This document shows, piece by piece, positions 56,683 to 64,000 of a stretch of DNA of 64,000 bases. Source of the stretch: Gaiellales bacterium (lineage in GTDB: Bacteria > Actinomycetota > Thermoleophilia > BMS3ABIN01). Positions within the stretch are counted from its first letter, which is position 1. The number at the start of each line of letters is the position of its first letter. The notes beneath the pieces are model-generated. The model was not told where the DNA came from, ran no database searches, and was given only the letters and a program-made list of their open reading frames with translations. The position numbers and the translations under genes are program-made. The stretch is from positions 5,698 through 69,697 of the forward strand of contig QZKG01000070.1 of NCBI GenBank assembly GCA_003599855.1, written 5' to 3'.

Positions 56683-56923
56683 GAAAAAGCGCGGTGAGGA
56701 GTGAATCAGGCTTGGTTGCAGGGTGGTTTGCGCCCATGCCAGGTCAGCCCCCGTAACTGCTAGCGCCGCGAATGACACTAGATGCCCGTGTCACACCACC
56801 AGGGAATTGATTTTGGCGCAGACAGACGACCACATACTTGCTTCGAATGACAGCCGCCGCGAGGACAAATGGAGTTTCCTGCCCTATGAACAGGAGCGGG
56901 AGATCCCCCGGCGCGAAGTGCAG

Positions 56924-58369
56924 ATGCTGCGCGCCGTCCATGCGGTAGTAATACCGCTGGTCGACATGGTGACGCTGACGCTGGCCGTGGTGGTCTCATA
57001 CCTGCTGGTCAAGGACTGGGTCAACAGCGGCCAGCTGGAGGGGCTTTTGGGCAGGAGTCTCGGCGTCATCGACATCAAGGTCCTTTGGATCGGGCTGGCG
57101 ACCGTCCCCCTCTGGATGCTGGTTTTCGTCTATTACGGCGTCTACAGGCGCGAGACGCGGCGCCTCTCCATCTCCACATTCGACGAGCTGCCGCAGACCA
57201 TAGGGGCCATTGCCGTGGGAGCCTGGGTGATGTTCTCCTTCCTGGCGCTCATCAGCAAGGGCAGTCCCACCGGGCGCGCCCTCTGGGCTTTCGTCGCCGT
57301 CGTCTGGCTCCTGCTCATGATCCTGGTGCCCACCGGCCGCGCGCTGCTCAGGGTAGGGCTGTCATTCTATAACCCCTTCCGCTCCAGCACCCTCGTGGTC
57401 GGCGCCGGCGAGGTGGGGCGCAGCCTCATCGGCCGGCTGCAGCGCCACAAGGAATACGGACTACGTGTCGTCGGATTTCTCGACACATCGCCGCCGGGCG
57501 AGGGGGAAGATGCGTCGCAGGTGGAGATCCTCGGGCGGCCGTCCGACCTGATGTCCATCGTCGACCGCTTCGGCATCAGCCGGGTGATAATAGCTTTTTC
57601 AAGGACGCCCCACCCGCAGATGCTTGATATAATACACCAGTGCCAGGAGATGAAAGTCGACGTCAGCGTCGTGCCGCGTTTCTTCGAGGCGCTTTCGCCG
57701 AACGTGGAGATGGAGGATATCGAGGGGCTTCCGGTCATCAGCCTGCCCCGATACGCACGGCACGGGAGGATTCACCGGGCAGCGAAGCGGCTGATCGACC
57801 TGCTGGTAGCTTCCCTGGCGACGATCCTGCTCTCCCCCGTGCTGTTGCTGGTGGGGACGCTGATCAAGCTGGACTCACCCGGAACCGTCTTTTTCAAACA
57901 GGAAAGGATGGGCAGGGACCGCAAGCGGTTCATGATGTACAAGTTCCGCTCGATGAAGGTCGGAGCTGAAGGCGAGAGGGAACTGCTGGCTGACAGGAAC
58001 GAGACCACCGGGCCGATCTTCAAGATGAAGGACGATCCCCGGATAACCCGCGTCGGGCGGATCATAAGGCGTTTCAGCATCGACGAGCTGCCGCAGGTGA
58101 TCAATGTCTTTCGGGGCGAGATGAGCATCGTCGGGCCGCGTCCGCTGCCCGTGCATGAGGCAGAGCAGTGCACCGGCACCGCCGACATGAGGCACATGGT
58201 CCAGCCCGGGATAACCGGTCTCTGGCAGGTACTGGGGCGCAGTGACATCCCCTTCGAGGAGATGGTCCAGCTCGACTACCTCTACGTCACCAACTGGACG
58301 TTGAGGTGGGATATCAAGATAATACTCAGGACGTTTATCGCGATCGTGCGGAAGCGGGGGGCTTACTGA
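56924..58369 (+). CDS. Polyprenyl-phosphate glycosylphosphotransferase (bacterial sugar transferase, WbaP/EpsL-like priming enzyme)
   Basis: N-terminal TM helices, then the C-terminal catalytic domain KRLIDLLVASLATILLSPVLLLVGTLIKLDSPGTVFFKQERMGRDRKRFMMYKFRSM...DELPQVINVFRGEMSIVGPRP. Start moved to the internal Met (MLRAVHAVV), since the upstream track extension looks non-coding. Confidence 0.7.
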   Translation: MLRAVHAVVIPLVDMVTLTLAVVVSYLLVKDWVNSGQLEGLLGRSLGVIDIKVLWIGLATVPLWMLVFVYYGVYRRETRRLSISTFDELPQTIGAIAVGAWVMFSFLALISKGSPTGRALWAFVAVVWLLLMILVPTGRALLRVGLSFYNPFRSSTLVVGAGEVGRSLIGRLQRHKEYGLRVVGFLDTSPPGEGEDASQVEILGRPSDLMSIVDRFGISRVIIAFSRTPHPQMLDIIHQCQEMKVDVSVVPRFFEALSPNVEMEDIEGLPVISLPRYARHGRIHRAAKRLIDLLVASLATILLSPVLLLVGTLIKLDSPGTVFFKQERMGRDRKRFMMYKFRSMKVGAEGERELLADRNETTGPIFKMKDDPRITRVGRIIRRFSIDELPQVINVFRGEMSIVGPRPLPVHEAEQCTGTADMRHMVQPGITGLWQVLGRSDIPFEEMVQLDYLYVTNWTLRWDIKIILRTFIAIVRKRGAY

Positions 58370-58453
58370 CGGACAGTCGAGCTGAGCCACTGTGACGGCG
58401 GTCGAGCGGTGCGGATAACGGGTTTTGGCCCACAGATGAGGCGGTAGGCGAAA

Positions 58454-59752
58454 TTGACTGAGAGCAAAGCAGGCAAGGGCGGGCAGACGGTTGTGATCGG
58501 ACTCGACGGGACTCCGTGGAGTTTTCTCAGCAAGGAGATGGAAGAAGGCAACCTGCCGCACCTGGCGGGCATCTTCTCGCGGGGCGCGTTCAACCGGATG
58601 ACGACCGAGATCCCGACGATATCATCCGTGGCCTGGGCCTCCTTCATGACCGGCAGGAACCCGGGCGAGCACGGCATCTACGGCTTCACTGACCGCAAAC
58701 CTGGGACCTACGACCTTTACTTCCCCAACTACAGCCATCTCAAGAGCGAGCCGCTCTGGGAGACTCTGGGCCGTAAGGGCAAGCGCTGTTGCGTGCTGAA
58801 TGTGCCCTCCACCTACCCCGCGCGACCGCTCAACGGTGTTCTCGTCTCTGGATTCGTGGCGCCCGACCTGGCGCGCGCGACCTATCCCGTCGAAGCGCTG
58901 GAATACCTGGAGAAGAGCGGCTACCGCATCGACGTCGACGCCGCCAAGGGGCGCGAGTCGCTGGACCTCCTGATCGATGATCTCCACGAGACCATGGAAA
59001 GGCGGCGGGACGCCATCCTGCATTTCTGGAACCAGGAAGCCTGGGACCTGTTTGTAGCTGTCTTCACCGGCACTGACCGGCTGCACCATTTCATGTGGCG
59101 GCATTACGATGAGGGGGACGGCGTATACTCGCGGGAGTTCCTGCATTACTACCGGCGCCTGGATGAGATCATCGGCGAGTTCGCCGCCGGCCTTCCGGAA
59201 GAAACCAGCCTCTTCATGCTATCGGACCACGGGTTCTGCTCCATCCGCTCCGAGGTCTACCTCAACTACTTCCTGAGGGAGATGGGCTATTTGTCCCTGA
59301 GGGAGGGGCGGGCGGTGACCATCGCCGACATGGATCCGGCCGGTACGCGCGCATACTGCATGGACCCCGGGCGCGTCTACGTTAACCTGCAGGGGCGGGA
59401 ACCGGGGGGGACGGTGCCCGAGAGCGCGTACGACGCCGTCCTGGACGAGCTGACCGAAGCGCTCCTGGGGATCACCGACCCCGAAACCGGGGAGCGTGTG
59501 GTGGCAACGGTGCACCGGCGGGACGAACTCTTCCATGGACCGCTGCTGGAGTCAGCCCCGGACCTGGTGGCCATGCCCGCGCAGGGTTACGACATCAAGG
59601 GCGCCATCGGCAGGCCGAAGGGCCTGGACCGCGGCCACCTGACGGGCATGCATACCCACGATGACGCCTTCTGGTACGCCTCTCCGGGAGCGGGAGCGAC
59701 TGTCAGCCACATCAGGGAAGCGGCTGCCGTCATCGCGGGTCAAGTCTCCTAG
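58454..59752 (+). CDS. Alkaline-phosphatase-superfamily protein (type I phosphodiesterase / nucleotide pyrophosphatase family), paralog 1
   Basis: VVIGLDGTPWSF...PTISSVAWASFMTGRNPGEHGIYGF matches the metal-site/nucleophile region of the Phosphodiest family. No TM segments. 432 aa. Confidence 0.55.
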   Translation: MTESKAGKGGQTVVIGLDGTPWSFLSKEMEEGNLPHLAGIFSRGAFNRMTTEIPTISSVAWASFMTGRNPGEHGIYGFTDRKPGTYDLYFPNYSHLKSEPLWETLGRKGKRCCVLNVPSTYPARPLNGVLVSGFVAPDLARATYPVEALEYLEKSGYRIDVDAAKGRESLDLLIDDLHETMERRRDAILHFWNQEAWDLFVAVFTGTDRLHHFMWRHYDEGDGVYSREFLHYYRRLDEIIGEFAAGLPEETSLFMLSDHGFCSIRSEVYLNYFLREMGYLSLREGRAVTIADMDPAGTRAYCMDPGRVYVNLQGREPGGTVPESAYDAVLDELTEALLGITDPETGERVVATVHRRDELFHGPLLESAPDLVAMPAQGYDIKGAIGRPKGLDRGHLTGMHTHDDAFWYASPGAGATVSHIREAAAVIAGQVS

Positions 59753-59781
59753 AAAAAGAATCATTGCCACAGGAACCGGAC

Positions 59782-61062
59782 ATGCGCACACCAGAGACGG
59801 CAAGCCCCGTCGAGAAAGCCGCCTTTGCGTGCCTGCTGCTGGCCCTGGCTCTCGCTTTGTTCTATCCGGAGTCGTTCATCCTGCCCCAGCCCGAGATCGC
59901 CGGCTTCAGGGTCGTGCCGCTGACTTGGGTGACGCCGATCATCGCCCTGGTCACCGTAGTGAGCCTTTTCATCCGCAGGAAGTCGCTGCGTTTCGCATGG
60001 ACAGATGCGGCCATGCTGGCTTTCTTCGCGTTCGTGATCGTGCGCACGGCGGTCTCCGGCTTCGAACTGCCTGGCGCTTTCAAGTACTTCATACTGGGCG
60101 CCGGGGCCTATTACCTGGCTGCGGTATCGTTGTCGAAGCCGCGGCTGCGCGAGGCGTTCCTCTGGTTTATCGCGGTCATCGTGCTCATCATCGCAGCATA
60201 TGGTTTTTTGGAGTTCGCGCTGCAGAAGAACCACCTGTTCCATGACCACATCGCCAGGATAGTCGTGGAGAGAGAGGACGGTGTGCACCGCAGCGGCTCC
60301 ACCCTGGCTCATCCCGTTGTCTACGGGGCGGTCCTGGTGCAGATCATACCGCTGCTGGCGCTGATGTGGCTGCGAGCCGGCAGCCATGCGGGCAGGGTGG
60401 CCGGGGGCATCGCTTCGATGGTCTCCATCACCGCGGTGGTGCTCACCTTCTCGAAGGGCAGCTGGATCGCGGTATCGTTTTACGGGGCCGCGCTGCTGCT
60501 GACCCTGCTCTACCGCAGGCCGGCTGGCGGGCTGAAGGTGATCATCGCCTCCCTGGCTGTTGCGATCACAGCGCTGGTTGTCTTTTGGAGGCAGATCTAC
60601 CAGGAGACGCTGGTGCGTTCCGAGGAGAGCGCGCTGGTCAGGCTGGCTACCTGGCAGGGAGCAGTCGAGGCCATCCGCGAGAGGCCCTGGATCGGGTACG
60701 GTTTCCGCCAGGGCAGGAAGAAGCTGGAGATGATGGATGTCGGCCAGAAATACTACGAGATGACATCCAGGGCCATACCGGTGGACAATAACTACCTCAG
60801 CCTGCTGCTCGACCTGGGTGTAGCCGGATTCATCCTGTGGCTGGCGTTCCTGGGCGCTGTCGCCGCTTCAGCCATCGGCGGCATGCTGTCGGGGAGACAT
60901 GACGAGTACTGGCTGGCTGCGATCCTGGCGTCCATGGTGGGCCTGGCGGTCACAGCGCTGACTTTCGAGGCCTGGATCTCCTGGCCGACGTTCATGCTGT
61001 TCATGGCTTGTGCCGGCACGGTCTCCGCCATTGTCCGTTCAGATCCTCCGGATCGACGGTGA
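59782..61062 (+). CDS. O-antigen ligase / Wzy-like membrane protein, paralog 2
   Basis: Topology and blocks equivalent to paralog 1 (AHPVVYGAVLVQIIPLLALMWLR versus AHPVVFAAFIVQALPFTFLLWVR; SKGSWIAVSF versus SKGSWITAFA). Start at ATG 59782. Confidence 0.55.
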   Translation: MRTPETASPVEKAAFACLLLALALALFYPESFILPQPEIAGFRVVPLTWVTPIIALVTVVSLFIRRKSLRFAWTDAAMLAFFAFVIVRTAVSGFELPGAFKYFILGAGAYYLAAVSLSKPRLREAFLWFIAVIVLIIAAYGFLEFALQKNHLFHDHIARIVVEREDGVHRSGSTLAHPVVYGAVLVQIIPLLALMWLRAGSHAGRVAGGIASMVSITAVVLTFSKGSWIAVSFYGAALLLTLLYRRPAGGLKVIIASLAVAITALVVFWRQIYQETLVRSEESALVRLATWQGAVEAIRERPWIGYGFRQGRKKLEMMDVGQKYYEMTSRAIPVDNNYLSLLLDLGVAGFILWLAFLGAVAASAIGGMLSGRHDEYWLAAILASMVGLAVTALTFEAWISWPTFMLFMACAGTVSAIVRSDPPDRR

Positions 61063-61189
61063 AGATACGGTTTTACGAGCACATCTGCTGCTCAGGCAGG
61101 GATATTCCCATGGTCATAAGCTATAATTATTATCAGGCAAGCTGGAATTTCATGCTGCTCACACGCTATGGGAAAGGGGTTACCCGGAT

Positions 61190-62845
61190 TTGGCCAGCAA
61201 GGTCGTTGTAATCGGAATCGACGGGGGGACGTTCGATCTGTTCATCCCGTGGATGGAGGCAGGCCATATGCCGGTGCTGGCTGAGCTCGTCCGGCAGGGG
61301 GTGCGCTCTGAACTGGCGACCACCTATCCTCCACTGACGTGTCCCGCATGGTGGTCCCTGTCCACGGGCAAGAACCCTGCCCGTTTCGGCTCCTACCATT
61401 TCTGGCAGATCGCCCCCGGCAGTTACGAGATCCGGCGGTCGAAGTCTTACGGACCCGGGAAGAACATGGAGTTGTGGAACCTCCTGAACGATGCCGGTTT
61501 CCGCTGCGGGATCATCAACAACCCGATAATGTTCCCCCCGGCCAGGATAGATGATTATGCGGTGGCCGGCTGTTTTGCCAGCGTGAAATCCGATTACACC
61601 TGGCCCAGGGAGTTCCGGAAGACGCTGGACGAGATCGCCGGCCCTGGCGGCTACGAGCTGGATTCCCTCACGGGGGAGAGCAAGTCAGACGAGGACACGA
61701 CCAGGGATTGCCTGAGGGTGCTCGAAAAACGCAGAAGGGTGATGACCCATCTTCTGGCTGCCGAAGACCGGCCGGACTTCTTCCTCGGCGTCATCACCGA
61801 GTCGGACCGGATGTGCCACCGGCTGCTGAATCGCGTCGGCAAGGGCGGGGAGCTGGCGGAGAGCTCGGAGCGGATGCTGATTGAATTCTTCCGCGCCATG
61901 GACTCGGCCATCGGCGACATGGTGGATGCGATCCACGAAGACGACTACCTGATAGTCATGTCGGACCACGGGTTCGGCAGGCGCGACCGCGGCTTCTACA
62001 TAAACGAGTGGCTGCGGCAGGAAGGGTACCTCGCCGTCCGGACGGGGTCGGTAGCCGGCAGGATCAAGAGCTCTGCGCGGCGCGGCGTGAACTCCGCCCT
62101 CAACAGGCTCGGCCTGCGGGACTTCATCAAGGCGAAGGTGCCCAGGAGCATCCTTACCAGGCTGGCGCCCGCGGGGGATGTCGAAGGAGAGGGGAAAGCC
62201 ATCTACGATTTCATCCAGAACGGGATGGTGGACTGGTCCAGGACCAGGGCCATCGCGCTCCAGGATGGCCTGATCTATTTCAACACCACCGACCGGCCCG
62301 AGGGCATCGTGCAGCCGGGCGAGGATTACGAGAGGTTCCGCGAGGAGCTGATCGAGAAGCTCGGCAATCTCACTGACCCGGATACGGGTGAGAGGCTGGC
62401 GACGGAAGTCCGGCGCAAGGAGGATATCTACCAGGGGGACTACATGGCAGAGGCGCCGGATGTCTACCTGGCTATCGAGGGCTACAGCATCGCGGCGTTC
62501 CCCAATATCCGGACCGACGGCAGGCTGATGGGCGAACTGGCCCTTGCCGGCCACAGGCAGGATGGCATGCTGATAGTGAGAGGACCCAACATCAGGGTCG
62601 GCGAGGAGATCGGCAAGGCCAACATAATAGACCTGGCGCCGACTGTCATGCATATCATGGGCGTCCCCGTGCCGGACGACATGGACGGCCGCGTGATCAG
62701 GGAGCTGTTCGTACCCGGGACCGGTCTTGCGGAGGCCGATGAAGCCTACCAGGAGGCAAGATATTCTGAAAAGGAAAGCGTCGAAGCGGACGCGGATGAA
62801 GACGAAGAGATACGCAAGCGTCTTGAAGAGCTTGGCTACCTGTAA
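61190..62845 (+). CDS. Alkaline-phosphatase-superfamily protein (type I phosphodiesterase family), paralog 2, with acidic C-terminal tail
   Basis: VVIGIDGGTFDL...PPLTCPAWWSLSTGKNPARFGSYHF and MSDHGF blocks are shared with paralog 1. 551 aa. C-terminal EADADEDEE tail. Confidence 0.55.
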   Translation: MASKVVVIGIDGGTFDLFIPWMEAGHMPVLAELVRQGVRSELATTYPPLTCPAWWSLSTGKNPARFGSYHFWQIAPGSYEIRRSKSYGPGKNMELWNLLNDAGFRCGIINNPIMFPPARIDDYAVAGCFASVKSDYTWPREFRKTLDEIAGPGGYELDSLTGESKSDEDTTRDCLRVLEKRRRVMTHLLAAEDRPDFFLGVITESDRMCHRLLNRVGKGGELAESSERMLIEFFRAMDSAIGDMVDAIHEDDYLIVMSDHGFGRRDRGFYINEWLRQEGYLAVRTGSVAGRIKSSARRGVNSALNRLGLRDFIKAKVPRSILTRLAPAGDVEGEGKAIYDFIQNGMVDWSRTRAIALQDGLIYFNTTDRPEGIVQPGEDYERFREELIEKLGNLTDPDTGERLATEVRRKEDIYQGDYMAEAPDVYLAIEGYSIAAFPNIRTDGRLMGELALAGHRQDGMLIVRGPNIRVGEEIGKANIIDLAPTVMHIMGVPVPDDMDGRVIRELFVPGTGLAEADEAYQEARYSEKESVEADADEDEEIRKRLEELGYL

Positions 62846-62887
62846 TTCCCCACTGACGGCAATCTGCGATTGAAAGCAACGGAAACA

Positions 62888-64000
62888 ATGGATTCTGCCG
62901 CGCCCGGAAGCAGCGATAAACTGACCAGCATGGCGACTGGCGCCGGCATCAATTTCGCCGGCACCTTCCTGCGCGCCCTGCTTGGTTTCGGCTTCAGCTT
63001 CATGATCTCGCGGGTCTTGACGCTGTCGGACCTCGGCCTTTTCACGCTGGGCTCCACCATCGTGATCGTCCTCTACTATTTTTGCGTCATGGGCACCGAC
63101 TCAGGATTATGGCGCTATGTATCCGCATACCGCGCGAAGGGCGACATCGCCCGGGCCAACGGCGCCATCGCGGGCGCGTTATATCTTGCCTTGCCATTGA
63201 GCCTGGTTATGACCGTGGCGCTCCTGGTTGCGGCCGGCCCGGTCGCCACGGGCATTTTCAAGGAGCCCGACTTCACCGGCGCCCTGCGGGCATTCGCCCT
63301 GACTATCCCTTTGCTGGTGGCCGCGCGGATCTTCAACGCGGCCACCCAGGGCTTCCAGCAGATGAGGTATTCAGCCTATCGGGAGATGTCCGAGCAGGGC
63401 TTGCGGCTCCTGTTCACGGCGCTGCTGTTCATCGCGGGCTTCAGGCTCGGTGGAGCCCTGGCTGCCAACCTTGCCGCGGTGCTGGTGATAACAGTGATGT
63501 CGTTCATGTTCCTGGAGCGCGTAGCCCCCTCTGTGATGCGGAGGCACAACCACGTCTTCGAGCTGAAGACGCTCATGAGCTTCTCCATCCCCATGGGCGC
63601 TTCCCTGATCCTGACGCACATGATCCTCTGGAACGATACCATCCTCCTCGGGTATTTCGGGACGTCATCCGACGTCGGACTCTACAGTGTCGCCATCAGG
63701 CTCATCGTCGTGGCCGCCATCATGCAGACATCATTCAACACGATGTTCGCGCCCGTCATCTCAGACCTGCATACGCGGGGTCTGCATGAGGACCTCGAAG
63801 AGATGTTCAAACGCGTGACGCGCTGGGTCGTGACCCTCAGTTTGCCGATCTTCCTGCCGTTGATGCTGTTCGGCTCGAACGTGCTGCTCATCTTCGGCGA
63901 GCGTTTCACCGTGGTATACCTGAGCCTTGCCATATTATCGCTGGGGCAGCTCGTCAACGTCTCCACGGGGCCGGTCGGCGGCATGATCTGCATGTCAGGG
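62888..64000 (+). CDS. Wzx-like polysaccharide flippase (MOP superfamily); 3' end lies outside the window
   Basis: Translated from ATG 62888 to the window end with no stop (not in the track, which lists a wrong-frame ORF 63082..63789). Multi-TM protein with Wzx-like hydrophobic periodicity. Confidence 0.55.
   Translation, partial: MDSAAPGSSDKLTSMATGAGINFAGTFLRALLGFGFSFMISRVLTLSDLGLFTLGSTIVIVLYYFCVMGTDSGLWRYVSAYRAKGDIARANGAIAGALYLALPLSLVMTVALLVAAGPVATGIFKEPDFTGALRAFALTIPLLVAARIFNAATQGFQQMRYSAYREMSEQGLRLLFTALLFIAGFRLGGALAANLAAVLVITVMSFMFLERVAPSVMRRHNHVFELKTLMSFSIPMGASLILTHMILWNDTILLGYFGTSSDVGLYSVAIRLIVVAAIMQTSFNTMFAPVISDLHTRGLHEDLEEMFKRVTRWVVTLSLPIFLPLMLFGSNVLLIFGERFTVVYLSLAILSLGQLVNVSTGPVGGMICMSG

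Noticed and set aside
56723-56923. Track start of the phosphoglycosyltransferase at 56723 (MVCAHARSAPVTASAANDTRCPCH...)
   Set aside because: The first 67 residues are non-hydrophobic and Cys/Arg-rich, unlike PGT N-termini, and lie in the leader downstream of the AT-rich promoter. The internal Met at 56924 begins the expected TM helices. Kept as low-confidence alternative.
63082-63789. Track ORF 63082..63789 (+, 235 aa, Arg/His-rich)
   Set aside because: It is out of frame with a much better Wzx-like multi-TM reading frame that starts at ATG 62888 and runs to the window end. Its composition is typical of a spurious GC-rich frame.
1-64000. Searched for tRNA, rRNA and CRISPR arrays
   Set aside because: No tRNA-like sequences were spotted on a visual pass (not exhaustive). 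No rRNA-like conserved stretches and no repeat-spacer arrays were seen in intergenic regions. A covariance-model scan (tRNAscan/Infernal) would be needed to be definitive.

Overview
High-GC (~65%) window from an anaerobic monoderm-type bacterium, with LPXTG/sortase, lipobox and ECF52-like features; the phylum cannot be assigned from sequence alone. There are four blocks. (1) 1-13.3 kb is a cell-envelope region: two clan GH-A glycosidases, a small Thr/Gly-rich membrane peptide with its own promoter and terminator, two translationally coupled PMT/ArnT-like GT-C glycosyltransferase paralogs, a membrane metallophosphoesterase, a single-polypeptide ECF sigma/anti-sigma fusion next to a sortase, and a large GAF-PAS-GAF-PP2C signalling phosphatase. 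(2) 13.6-27.4 kb carries anaerobe oxidative-stress genes (superoxide reductase, rubrerythrin), DNA repair (family-4 UDG, SRAP/YedK), YjbQ, an acyl-CoA synthetase, an Old Yellow Enzyme reductase, an HExxH protease-like protein and LarC. (3) 27.6-55.3 kb is an essentially complete Wood-Ljungdahl (reductive acetyl-CoA) cluster: fhs, acsV (RACo), cooC/acsF, folD, cdhD/acsD, cooS/acsA, acsB, acsC, a GltD-ferredoxin-MvhD HdrA-like fusion, metV, metF, acsE, a degenerate NuoF-like protein, nfnAB, and a ~1393-aa selenocysteine formate dehydrogenase fused to a 2Fe-2S and GltD-like NAD(P)H module, with an in-frame UGA and SECIS hairpin. This cluster is interrupted by two paralogous LPXTG surface proteins, a DsrC/TusE-like protein and a MITE-like repeat element. 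(4) 55.3-64 kb is a polysaccharide locus: two Wzy/O-antigen-ligase-like proteins, each paired with an alkaline-phosphatase-superfamily (type I phosphodiesterase) enzyme, a priming phosphoglycosyltransferase and a Wzx flippase (truncated at the window end). No rRNA, tRNA or CRISPR was found. Many long antisense ORFs in the six-frame track are GC-rich artefacts.
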